In this document: piece by piece, positions 31,233 through 40,281 of the stretch
Layout: the number at the start of each line of letters is the position of its first letter
Position numbering within the stretch: the first letter of the stretch is position 1
From: an uncultured delta proteobacterium
GTDB lineage: Bacteria > Desulfobacterota > Desulfobacteria > Desulfobacterales > JAFDCJ01
Direction of reading: 5' to 3'
NCBI GenBank assembly: GCA_963769935.1
Contig: CAVYNY010000017.1
Span: 64,001 to 128,000 of the forward strand
DNA length: 64,000 nucleotides
The notes under the pieces: model-generated
Databases searched by the model: none
What the model was told of the DNA's origin: nothing
What the model saw: only the letters and a program-made list of their open reading frames with translations
Translations under genes and position numbers: made by a program

Positions 31233-32120
31233 CTATACCCCCCTCCCGAACAGGCCCTTGGGTGATGCGAGCAGCACTGCGTAGAGGATGACGAAGACGG
31301 CCAGCAGTGTGTAGCCCGGATTGAAATAGATGAGGAAAAAGGACTGGACCAGCCCCAGCAGGATGGCGGCCCAGGGTACTCCCGAAAGGTAACCCATCCC
31401 GGCCAGCACCACGATGAAAAACGACATTACCGTGTATTTCGCCCCCATTTGGGCGCTGATCGAAAAGGTGCAGCCGATGAGCACCCCGGACATGGCGCTG
31501 ATGCCGACGTAAATGCCGTAGACCCAACAATTGGTCCGCTTGGCGTTGATACCCATGAGCCCGGCGGCCTCCTTGTTCTGGGCCAGGGCCCGCACCGCCA
31601 GCCCAAAGTCAGTTTTTTTGAGAAGCAGGTTGAGCAGCACGGTGACGATCAGGGCGTACACCAACCCCACAAGTCGTATGGTCGGAATGGTCACGAAGAA
31701 ATCCCCCCACTCCAGGGAAAGGGAGTCGGCGGACAAGTTCGACGGAATGGACCGACTGTAAAAACCGAAGGTTGTCAGGCCCAACCCCTTGAACATAAGG
31801 GCCAGACCGAATGTGAAGACAAGGGCCATAAGGAGCGGGTTTCCCTTTTTGCCGCTCAAGACTCTGTGGATGACCGGCTGGAACAAATACCCGACAAGCC
31901 CGAACCCTACGAAGACCACCGGCAGATAGAGCAGGGGTTCGATCCGGGTCCATTGGCTGAGATAAAATCCCAGAAACGCCCCCAGCATGATCCATTCCCC
32001 AACGGCAAAATCGATGATGTGCATGACGCCGTATGCCAGGGAAAATCCGATGGCGATGGTGATGTAAATGCCGCCGATCAGCAGTCCGTCCACAATGGCC
32101 TGGGGTAATAAAACGAGCAT
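31233..32120 (-). CDS. livH: Branched-chain amino-acid-type ABC permease
   Basis: GLLIGGIY..IGFSLAYGVM and FGLAVRALAQNKEAAGLMGIN motifs. Confidence 0.9.
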   Translation of the reverse strand: MLVLLPQAIVDGLLIGGIYITIAIGFSLAYGVMHIIDFAVGEWIMLGAFLGFYLSQWTRIEPLLYLPVVFVGFGLVGYLFQPVIHRVLSGKKGNPLLMALVFTFGLALMFKGLGLTTFGFYSRSIPSNLSADSLSLEWGDFFVTIPTIRLVGLVYALIVTVLLNLLLKKTDFGLAVRALAQNKEAAGLMGINAKRTNCWVYGIYVGISAMSGVLIGCTFSISAQMGAKYTVMSFFIVVLAGMGYLSGVPWAAILLGLVQSFFLIYFNPGYTLLAVFVILYAVLLASPKGLFGRGV

Positions 32121-32203
32121 GGCTGCCTCCCTGAGATGGATGACGGCCGGTCGCGGGCGAGGCCCGCGGCCGGCCTTTATCTGTCAAATCGGACGGACGG
32201 CGA

Positions 32204-33439
32204 TTACCGTTGATCCCAAGGCTTCATGGGATAAATCGGTTTCGCTTCCGCATCCTTTGCCGGCCCCACGATCACGGTTTTGCCGTTCTGGATCTGGATC
32301 GTAAGAGGAGTGATACCAATGTTGGCGTGATAATATTGCCCCTCGTCGGCGAACTTGAGCCGACCGTAGAAGGTCTTCACGTCGAGTTCCTCCAGCGCTT
32401 TCACCAGGGCGGCCTTGGCTTCGTCGGACAGCGGCGGCGCGGCCTGAATCTTCATCAGAGCCGCCTGGAAAGCGAGGCCCGCGGTGGAGGAACCGGCTTG
32501 GGTGTAGTCCGCCGGCACGCCGAAGGCGTCTTCCGCTGCTTTGGCGTAGGTAGCGGCATCCTTCCAGAGCAGTTCGGCTTCGGTGTGAACCGTCGACGTC
32601 CAGACCGAACCGCCGAAGACGCCATCGGCATCCGCGCCCAAGGCTTCCACGAAGGCCGGCTCGGTCACGCCGTAATGCATGAGCAGGGCCTTGGGGGTGT
32701 AGTTGATCTGACGCAGGGATTTGACCATGTTGATCAGCTCCTCGTCATGGCCCCCGAAGGCCACCAGGTCCGGCCGCAGCACCTTGATCGCCGACATCAA
32801 GGGGGTCAGGTCCTGTCCGGTGGGAACGATGTTGAACTTACGGACTTTGATGCCCTTTTCCTCGGCGGCCGCCTTGAACGCCTCGGCGGTGGCCTTGGAA
32901 AAGGTGTCGTTTGAGCCCAGAATAACGGCTGTTTGGGGCGGAGGCGATAAATTTTTGATGGTGTCGATGGGGGTGGCGCCGGTGAAGTTGACCGGCGGAA
33001 TGGTGCCGAATGTATATTTGAATTTTTGCTCCCAGATAAGCGGCGACTCGGCGGAACCGGTGATCATCGGTATCTTGTATTTTTCCAGCACCGGCGCCGA
33101 TGCCAGGGTCACCCCCGAGGAATAGGGGCCGAGCACGAAATCGACCTTTTCCTGGGTGGCCAGCCGTTCGGCCCCGGAAGCGCCCTGATCCGGCTTGGAC
33201 TGGGCGTCGGTGTAAAACAACTGTACCTTGTAGCGCTTCCCGCCAATTTCGATGCCGCCCGCGTTGTTGACCGCCTGGGCCCAGAGGTCGTATCCGCGCT
33301 TGGTAACGTTGCCGCCCGTGGCCAGATCGCCGGAAAGGGACGTGATAACGCCCACCTTGTAAAAATCCCTATCCTGCGCCAGTGCGGGGCCCGCCGCGAT
33401 CAGGGCCAGTATCATGACTGTCAGAAGTCCGCGTTTCAT
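32204..33439 (-). CDS. livK: Liv-type (HAAT) ABC substrate-binding protein
   Basis: Signal peptide after AGGAGG RBS; KVGVITSLSG and VDFVLGPYSSG motifs. True substrate unknown. Confidence 0.85.
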   Translation of the reverse strand: MKRGLLTVMILALIAAGPALAQDRDFYKVGVITSLSGDLATGGNVTKRGYDLWAQAVNNAGGIEIGGKRYKVQLFYTDAQSKPDQGASGAERLATQEKVDFVLGPYSSGVTLASAPVLEKYKIPMITGSAESPLIWEQKFKYTFGTIPPVNFTGATPIDTIKNLSPPPQTAVILGSNDTFSKATAEAFKAAAEEKGIKVRKFNIVPTGQDLTPLMSAIKVLRPDLVAFGGHDEELINMVKSLRQINYTPKALLMHYGVTEPAFVEALGADADGVFGGSVWTSTVHTEAELLWKDAATYAKAAEDAFGVPADYTQAGSSTAGLAFQAALMKIQAAPPLSDEAKAALVKALEELDVKTFYGRLKFADEGQYYHANIGITPLTIQIQNGKTVIVGPAKDAEAKPIYPMKPWDQR

Positions 33440-33609
33440 AATGTCCTCCTTACTGATTAGATGGGTTTGATGGAATGGTATCGTCCAATGTGCCATGAAT
33501 GCTCTCGCAAGAAGCATGTCTTAGGTTTGATGGTATTTATTTTCAAGGTTGCCGGCGGCCGATCCGGGCAAAACCGCTTCGATTCGGATGGGATGTGGGT
33601 CCTTTGGGG

Positions 33610-34128
33610 CAGAAAATGGCGGATCAGGGGCAAAAGGCACTCCCGGCGCTCCCGTAGCGGGGGCATCCGCAAGGGGATGACATTGAGCCGGTAATAGAGA
33701 TCGCGGCGAAAATCCCCCGCCTCGGCCATTGTCTCCAGGTTCCGGCTGGTGGCGGCCAGGATTCGGACATCGACCCGGCGGCCGGCCGTGGCGCCTACTC
33801 GAGCGACCTGTCCGTCCTCCAGGAACCGGAGCAGCTTCACCTGGGAAGACAGGGGCAGTTCGGCAATCTCGTCTAGAAACAAAATGCCGCCGTCGGCCAG
33901 TTCGAAATAGCCGGGTTTGCCGCTTCTGTTCGCGCCGGTGAAGGCCCCTTTTTCGTACCCGAACAGCTCCGATTCCACCAGAGACTCCGGAATGGCGCCG
34001 CTGTTGATCTTGATCATGGGTTGATCGGACCGTGCGGAGTGCTTGTGAATGCGATCCGCCACCAATCCCTTGCCGGTTCCCGATTCTCCCAGAATCAATG
34101 CCGTGGATTCGACTTTGCTCACCTTCAG
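33610..34128 (-). pseudogene. Isolated sigma54-activator AAA+ core, truncated at both ends
   Basis: GESGTGKG, ESELFGYEKGAFTGA, LFLDEI and FRRDLYYRLNV motifs; no sensor or HTH domain; the ORF's first ~40 codons are IS sequence. Confidence 0.85.
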
Positions 34129-34371
34129 AAAGATAAGAAGTTGCTTTTCCAGAGCGGATAAATCGAAATTCGCGAATTGTGTATCGGCTTCGGCTTCCGA
34201 CTTCGCTCTCCGAGCTACGACGGGACAAGGCAGCTCAACAGATTGAAGCACCCATCAGAGCAAACTATACATACTCAAATAATCAAAGCCGGTTTTGCTG
34301 TCAAGACTAATTTTTTACGCCGGGAGTGCATTTTCAGGCCAATTCGAATATAGCTCACCGGTTTGCCTGGG
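34129..34371 (-). mobile_element. IS91-family ori-like end, copy C (no transposase)
   Basis: 243-bp direct repeat of 27957-28199 with 7 mismatches by manual alignment. Confidence 0.85.
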
Positions 34372-34483
34372 TTTGAAAGTCACCAAACGACTGAACGGCG
34401 ACCGCAGCACCGGCTTTGGCATCGTCATAGGGTACGGCTTGAGCCAAATAAAGTTTTTAGGCCTAACTCCCGATGAATAGTCT

Positions 34484-35041
34484 ATGAAGAGTTCATTGCC
34501 AATGGTTTTTCGATACCACGTATTTATCGGAGTCGGCCTGGCAGCTCTATCTTTATTTGTTTTTACAATATCCTGCGCCTCAAATCGTAAACAGCCGGCC
34601 GCCGCAGCCCCAACTATGAGCCGGGCTGCAAAAGCGGCAGGACACCCGCGAAGCGGCAGCGTGGAGCAGCGCATCCTTGAGGAATATAACCGCTGGAAAG
34701 GAACCCGCCACCTACTGGGTGGAACCGGCGGTGACGGCATCGACTGCTCCGGGTTTGTGAAAGCTGTCTACCAGGACGCCTTCGACATCATACTGCCTCG
34801 TACGACAAAAGCGCAGGTACGCCAGGGCAAACCGGTCCCCTTGGGTGATCTCCGGCCCGGCGATCTCGTATTTTTTAACCCGCCGAATTTTCCGCGCCAC
34901 GTCGGTATTTTTTTAAACCGCTCTCAATTCGTACATGCCTCCAAAACCAAAGGCGTCACCATATCCAAAATCGATGCCGACTACTGGCTTAAGTATTATT
35001 GGACCGCACGCCGTATATTGCCTGCCTCTCAAACACCTTAA
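34484..35041 (+). CDS. NlpC/P60 cell-wall endopeptidase, probable lipoprotein
   Basis: GIDCSGFV, LPRTT, PGDLVFF, HVGIF and FVHAS motifs. Confidence 0.92.
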   Translation: MKSSLPMVFRYHVFIGVGLAALSLFVFTISCASNRKQPAAAAPTMSRAAKAAGHPRSGSVEQRILEEYNRWKGTRHLLGGTGGDGIDCSGFVKAVYQDAFDIILPRTTKAQVRQGKPVPLGDLRPGDLVFFNPPNFPRHVGIFLNRSQFVHASKTKGVTISKIDADYWLKYYWTARRILPASQTP

Positions 35042-35150
35042 AATTCACTATTCTCACTTTCTTTGTGGATAGCAAGAATCGGGTGGACCGTCCTTCCGAA
35101 TGTAAATATATTCACCTAAAAATTAACAGTAGAAATTATAGGAAATTGAG

Positions 35151-36188
35151 GTGAAAGTCATGAGTTCGATGAAACCATCCGAGTGGGCAATGCTGGTGGT
35201 GCTTTCCGTTTTCTGGGGCGGCTCCTTCTTTTTCATTGAAGTCGCGCTGCGCGGATTTCAGCCCTTTGCTATCGTCTTTTTGCGCGTGGTTTTGGCGGCA
35301 ATCATATTAACAGTCGTGGTATATCTAACCGGCCGACGCCTGCCGTCTTCACCCGGGGTGTGGGGTTCCTATTTTGTCATGGGCGCCCTGAACAACGCGA
35401 TTCCCTTCAGTTTGATTGTCTGGGGACAGACGCTTATCGACAGCGGGGTGGCGTCGATTTTGAACGCCACGACTCCGATTTTTACGGTGCTGCTGGCTCA
35501 TTTTATGACATCGGACGAGCACCTGACGTTTCGAAAAATGATGGGGGTATTGATCGGCTTTTGCGGAGTCTATATCATGCTGCAGCCCGAGCTCAAAGAT
35601 GGATTCAGCTGGCACGGGCTGGGCCACGTGGCCGTCCTGGGCGCCGCGGTTTCCTACAGCCTGGCCGGCATATTCGGCAAACGCTTTAAAAAAACATCTC
35701 CCGTGGTCAACGCAGCGGGCATGCTGATTTGCTCCAGTGTCATCATGCTCCCGCTGGTGCTTATGACCGGCGCCCTGGGTTTGTCCCGGCCGGCCGCGGC
35801 CGCCGTTGCTGCCGTATGCGGCCTGGCGACTGTGAGTACCGTCGTGGCCTACCTGCTCTATTTTCGGATTCTGGCCTCTGCCGGCGCAACCAACGTATTG
35901 CTGGTCACCTTTCTGATACCGGTCAGTGCGCTTCTATTGGGGGTCGGGGTGCTGGGGGAAGTCATCCATCTGCTGGAATATGCCGGTATGGGATGCATAT
36001 TTGCAGGGCTCATGGTTATCGATGGGAGAGTTCTGAGTCGGATCAAAAACAGTGTCGCCGGCCGGCAAAAAAAACGCTCATTTCGCCATATGGACCCTGA
36101 TGCGGCTAAAATCGAGGAAGGCCCGGCTTCGCCGGCGGCTGAATTATTGCTGCGCTTCAAAAAGCGTCGAGGGGTGAAGCTGCAGTAA
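35151..36188 (+). CDS. DMT/EamA-family transporter
   Basis: FWGGSF, NNAIPFSLIVWGQ and ASILNATTPIFT motifs; ten TM segments. Confidence 0.9.
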   Translation: MKVMSSMKPSEWAMLVVLSVFWGGSFFFIEVALRGFQPFAIVFLRVVLAAIILTVVVYLTGRRLPSSPGVWGSYFVMGALNNAIPFSLIVWGQTLIDSGVASILNATTPIFTVLLAHFMTSDEHLTFRKMMGVLIGFCGVYIMLQPELKDGFSWHGLGHVAVLGAAVSYSLAGIFGKRFKKTSPVVNAAGMLICSSVIMLPLVLMTGALGLSRPAAAAVAAVCGLATVSTVVAYLLYFRILASAGATNVLLVTFLIPVSALLLGVGVLGEVIHLLEYAGMGCIFAGLMVIDGRVLSRIKNSVAGRQKKRSFRHMDPDAAKIEEGPASPAAELLLRFKKRRGVKLQ

Positions 36189-36244
36189 ACTTTCCTGACC
36201 CGGGAAAGCCAAAATAGTGGATGATTCGGTCGAACGGCCTGTCG

Positions 36245-36460
36245 CTAATCCGGAATCTTTTTTGTGCCGGTCCACTTGCGAAACCGTTCGATCTCCTTTT
36301 TGAGCTGATCGGCTACCGGGGATGCATGGGAAGCCGCCAGGCTCTTATACATCTCGATGGCTGCCTCGGACAGCTTGTCTTGGGCCCTTAGAATAAAGAC
36401 GGGTTCGTCTTTTCCTATTTTCGGTATTTCGATTTTGCCGTACTTGCTTGATATCGCCAT
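36245..36460 (-). CDS. Small hypothetical protein (71 aa) with DEPVFILRAQD segment
   Basis: AGGAGG RBS before ATG at 36460; compact ORF. Confidence 0.7.
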   Translation of the reverse strand: MAISSKYGKIEIPKIGKDEPVFILRAQDKLSEAAIEMYKSLAASHASPVADQLKKEIERFRKWTGTKKIPD

Positions 36461-36596
36461 TTTTCCCTCCTTTTGTGCAGAACTTACCTTAAATATAATT
36501 TTCGATTCAACCAAGTAAACAGGGTATACCTTAGTATTTAAAAAATGACCTGTTTTTTCACCGTTTCATCGCTTTACCGTTTCGCCGGTTCAACAG

Positions 36597-37628
36597 TCAA
36601 GCACCTTTGCCAAACGGGCAATGCGGGTGCGAACACTGCTCACAATCCTTGCATAGGCCCCCATGACCCAATAATGCCAGCTCGACCTTGCCAATTTTTT
36701 CGCCGGCTAGAATGCGGGGCAGCACCAGGTCCAGTACCGTGATGCGATGATACATACCGCAGGCCGGCACCCCCAGCAGGGGGACATCCCCGATGGAGGC
36801 CACCAGGAACATGGCGCCGGGCAGCACCGCCGAGCCGTAGTGCATTTCCGTCGCCCCGGCCAGGCGGATTCCCTGGCGGGTGACATCATCCGGATCAACG
36901 CTCATGCCGCCGCTCAGCAACAGCAAATCACAGCCGCGCTCCAACTGGGTTCGAATGGCGCTGCTGATAATGGCAGGGTCATCCGGGGCAAACGCCAGAG
37001 CTTCCACCATGCTGTTCAGAGCGGTCACTTTTTCAGTGAGAATCGGTGCAAAACGGTCTTCGATCAAACCGTGATAAACCTCATTGCCTGTAATGACCAG
37101 CCCCACTTTGGCCCGTCGCAGGGCCTTGACCGACAGGGTGGCACCGTTTTGCTGCGCGATGGCTGCCGCCCGTTCAATCGGAGCGCGCTTCATTATCAGG
37201 GGGATGGCCCTTGTCGCGGCCACCAGCTCTCCCTCTTTGACCAGGGTGTGGTTGTGAAGGGTGGCACACATGACTTCATCGACCATATTGAACGCCGCCA
37301 GTGATGTGGTGTTGACGGTGAAAAGACCGTCTTTTTCGGCCAGAAGCTTGATTTTGCCCTCCCGGGGGGCATCCTGCCAGACAATTCCCTCTCCGGCCAG
37401 TCCGGCAGCTAAAACGGCCGCCGCTTCGTCTTCATGAATTTCATCCTCGGCCAGGTCGATCTGATAAAGATGATTTTTACCCAGCTTTTGCAGGTGGCAG
37501 AGGTCATCATTGCAAACCGTATGTCCTTTTAAAAAAGCCGGTCCCTTGAACTCACCGGGACGGATCTCGGTAATATCATGGGCCAGTTTGGTACCGACAG
37601 CATCTTCTAAATTAATTTTTTTCAGCAC
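36597..37628 (-). CDS. Molybdopterin-binding protein (MoeA-like domain) with C-terminal Cys cluster
   Basis: LAHDITEI, ITGNEV, GGMSVDPDDVT, LPGAMFL and GGLCKDCEQCSHPHCPFGK motifs; GTG start after GGAG. Confidence 0.85.
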   Translation of the reverse strand: MLKKINLEDAVGTKLAHDITEIRPGEFKGPAFLKGHTVCNDDLCHLQKLGKNHLYQIDLAEDEIHEDEAAAVLAAGLAGEGIVWQDAPREGKIKLLAEKDGLFTVNTTSLAAFNMVDEVMCATLHNHTLVKEGELVAATRAIPLIMKRAPIERAAAIAQQNGATLSVKALRRAKVGLVITGNEVYHGLIEDRFAPILTEKVTALNSMVEALAFAPDDPAIISSAIRTQLERGCDLLLLSGGMSVDPDDVTRQGIRLAGATEMHYGSAVLPGAMFLVASIGDVPLLGVPACGMYHRITVLDLVLPRILAGEKIGKVELALLGHGGLCKDCEQCSHPHCPFGKGA

Positions 37629-37752
37629 GGTTCCGACTCCTTTCAAATTAAAGGGCAACGGGCAAAGAGCAGGGGGTATAGCGCAAGAGCCATAAGCCCC
37701 TAGCCGATTACCTGTAATCAGATCGATTTTATTTCGGCCACCAATCAGACAA

Positions 37753-38469
37753 TCAACCGGTCAACTCTTTTTCAGACCAGCATGCGTTTACGGCTTTCGG
37801 TGCCGGCTTTGCATTCCGATCGCCGTCGACGACGGCTTGGGAGTTTTTTTCAGGCCTCCAATTCATATCCGGCCAGCTGACCTCGCGCGCATTTGAATAA
37901 TAGGTCCCTTCAGCACAGGGCTTGCACAGCCGGCGGCCGTCCTTGATCACCTCGCGGTGGTCTCGCACGACCTGGCCGCATTGATCGCAAACCACCTTGC
38001 TGCGCGTAGGGCCGGGCAGATCAAACTCATCGACCGCTACCTGCACCTGCTGCACCCGAAATAAGACGCTGTCCGGCATGCGCTTGTAAGCTTCAAGCTG
38101 CTGAGGGTATTTTTGTTCTATTTCCGGGGCATAGACCGCTGCCAGGCTGCGGGCCTCCTCGGTGGATATCACCCTGAACGCCTTGCCGGTTTCGAGATTT
38201 AAAAAAGTGGCCGCCATGATACCGTAATCTGCAAATTTAAGGGAGCGGCGTCCCAATCTGACACCGGTGGCATGGGCGACGGCATCGGCCGTGCAGCGGT
38301 CCATCTCCACATATACGATGAGTTTCTTTATTTGATCGCGGCGGGTGGGTTCATCCAGGCCGATGAGTTTGCACCCCAGCATGGCCATACGCACGCCGAC
38401 CACCTGTCCCGGGCAGAGGTGCCCGTGGGCGGCGGCCGAGCTTTTTAAAAGGGATTCGAAACTTTGCAT
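37753..38469 (-). CDS. fmdE: FmdE-family protein (formylmethanofuran dehydrogenase subunit E-like) with zinc finger
   Basis: HGHLCPGQVVGVRM, EMDRCTADA and CDQC..CKPC motifs. Confidence 0.88.
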   Translation of the reverse strand: MQSFESLLKSSAAAHGHLCPGQVVGVRMAMLGCKLIGLDEPTRRDQIKKLIVYVEMDRCTADAVAHATGVRLGRRSLKFADYGIMAATFLNLETGKAFRVISTEEARSLAAVYAPEIEQKYPQQLEAYKRMPDSVLFRVQQVQVAVDEFDLPGPTRSKVVCDQCGQVVRDHREVIKDGRRLCKPCAEGTYYSNAREVSWPDMNWRPEKNSQAVVDGDRNAKPAPKAVNACWSEKELTG

Positions 38470-38576
38470 ACTTAAATCATTTCAGATTATTTCAGGCATT
38501 TCTTTGACAGCCGGTCTTCAGAGGTCAAAATCCCCCCCACTTCGTTACTGATAGATCACCGGTAAAGCAAATTTCC

Positions 38577-38596
38577 TTATGTTAATGTTAACATAA
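38577..38596. promoter_or_regulatory. Candidate ModE-type operator
   Basis: Perfect inverted repeat TTATGTT-N6-AACATAA between the fmdE/moeA-like genes and the divergent ModE-like regulator. Confidence 0.5.
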
Positions 38597-39038
38597 CAAA
38601 CGACAAAAAAAATTACCAGCGATTTGACGGTGGATCTTTAAATAGCATAGATTTATGTGTCTGTAACGTTAAAATTTTCACAGTTAGACCTCCCGGGCGA
38701 TCCCGCAAGAAATCACAGGGCCGTATTGACCGTGTGGGTGCGTAAGGATTGAGCGGGATTCGAAAGGTGGGCCGCTTGACCTTATTTTAGATATGCGATT
38801 TTAATTGCGGCGTCAATTTCTTATATGATAAAAACAGAGTTAAATTTACAGCAATTTAACTGCGCATCGAATCGATCCTTAAACGTGTCGAAAGAAGTCT
38901 CGTAACAGATCAATACAAATTCAAGGATCATGCCGTAAACTTCAAATCCCGGACCCGCAGGGTGCGCGCGGCCGATGTTAAGTTGACCAAAACTGAATTC
39001 GAACTGCTGGATGCGGGACACTCGATTTAGAGGGCGAA

Positions 39039-39368
39039 ATGGTAAAACTGGGTTTAAGATCGAGTCATTGGATCGTTGATGATGACGGCAATATCATTCT
39101 CGGCAAAGGTCGCGCCGAAATCCTGGCCAACATTGAAAAGACCGGCTCCATCAACCAGGCCGCCAAAGTCATGCAAATGTCCTACAAAGGCGTCTGGAGC
39201 AAGATAAAGGCCACCGAAAAACACCTGAACGAAAAAATCGTGCATGCCGACCGCCAAGAGGGCACTCGCCTGACCCGCTATGGCAAGGAACTGCTGGAAA
39301 AATACAAGTTTTTGGAAAAAAAGTGCATGGCCGCGGATGACAAAATTTTCAGCAAAATATTTGGTTAA
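39039..39368 (+). CDS. ModE-family winged-helix regulator (no TOBE domain)
   Basis: LGKGRAEILANIEKTGSINQAAKVMQMSYKGVW and GTRLT motifs. Confidence 0.88.
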   Translation: MVKLGLRSSHWIVDDDGNIILGKGRAEILANIEKTGSINQAAKVMQMSYKGVWSKIKATEKHLNEKIVHADRQEGTRLTRYGKELLEKYKFLEKKCMAADDKIFSKIFG

Positions 39369-39609
39369 CAGGAAAGGAATTTTTATTTGCCTGAAAGGCA
39401 ATAAAAATTTAGCTCCCAATTGGGATGTTACAACTTTTACATTTCCGTCGCTTGACAAATACAACGATTTTCTTTATTAGCTTCGTATAATAGACGATGA
39501 GCGAACATCTCCATTTTACCGGCGCGATCTACTTATTAATATTTCCGCCGGTGATGCGGACTGCCTGCATTTTTAAACTGCAGAAATAAACTGCCGGTTA
39601 GGAGGGCCT

Positions 39610-40179
39610 ATGAACGAAGCCGACCGTGCATCGCAGGGGAAAAAGCCCGCCTGGCGAAGAGCGATTAAACCCGTCGTTCTCATCGGAATCGGTATTATCA
39701 TCGCTTTTCCGTTATTCAGCATGACTTATTACACCATGGTGCGCACATCGACGCCGCAATTTTGTGCCAGCTGCCACGAAATCCAATCCGCCTACAACAC
39801 CTGGAAAACCTCCACCCACGTCAACAATGCCCAGGGCTTTGTGGCCGACTGCATGGACTGCCATTTGCCGGCTCCCCACGACACCTTTAATTTTTTCTAT
39901 CAGAAGACGCTGCACGGCATCAAAGACGTATTCGTGCACTTCATGCAGGGCGAATACGATCGCAAAAAAAATCGTGAAGCGGCCTATGCTTCTTTTAAGA
40001 ATGAACAGTGCATGAAGTGCCACCGCAATCTGCTTTACATTCCGGATAAGCGCGGCGCCATGCTGGCGCACCGAACCGTCGTCTACCCGCGGCCGGGTTA
40101 TGAAAAAAAATGCGTGGACTGCCATCGTCCCCTGGTTCATATCCCGCGCCAAATTTATGACTACAAACAATTCGGCTGA
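39610..40179 (+). CDS. NapC/NirT-family membrane tetraheme cytochrome c
   Basis: N-terminal TM; CASCH, CMDCH, CMKCH and CVDCH. Confidence 0.92.
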   Translation: MNEADRASQGKKPAWRRAIKPVVLIGIGIIIAFPLFSMTYYTMVRTSTPQFCASCHEIQSAYNTWKTSTHVNNAQGFVADCMDCHLPAPHDTFNFFYQKTLHGIKDVFVHFMQGEYDRKKNREAAYASFKNEQCMKCHRNLLYIPDKRGAMLAHRTVVYPRPGYEKKCVDCHRPLVHIPRQIYDYKQFG

Positions 40180-40281
40180 CTGATATAAATGCCTAAATTG
40201 TCTAAAATGCCCGCTAGTGCCCTGCATGGCAGGCGGGATCGTCGATATTGCATTCCAAGTCCTAAGAAAGGGGGGCAGAGT

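Noticed and set aside
30229..31530. 433-aa LivM with long N-terminus
   Set aside because: The extension overlaps livH in another frame; the start is at 31230.
33480..33496. Sigma54 promoter upstream of livK
   Set aside because: TGGCAC is present but the -12 TTGC element is missing.
23024..34371. Integron cassette array
   Set aside because: No intI, no attC-like GTTRRRY/RYYYAAC-bounded sites noticed; the repeats are attached to IS91-type transposase remnants and cargo includes whole operons.
38565..38580. Fourth IS91 ori-like end (AAAGCAAATTTCCTTAT)
   Set aside because: Only a short resemblance with no flanking homology to the 243-bp repeat.
38470..38800. Moco/Tuco riboswitch before fmdE
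   Set aside because: Could not find the conserved motif elements by eye; only a protein-type inverted repeat is evident.
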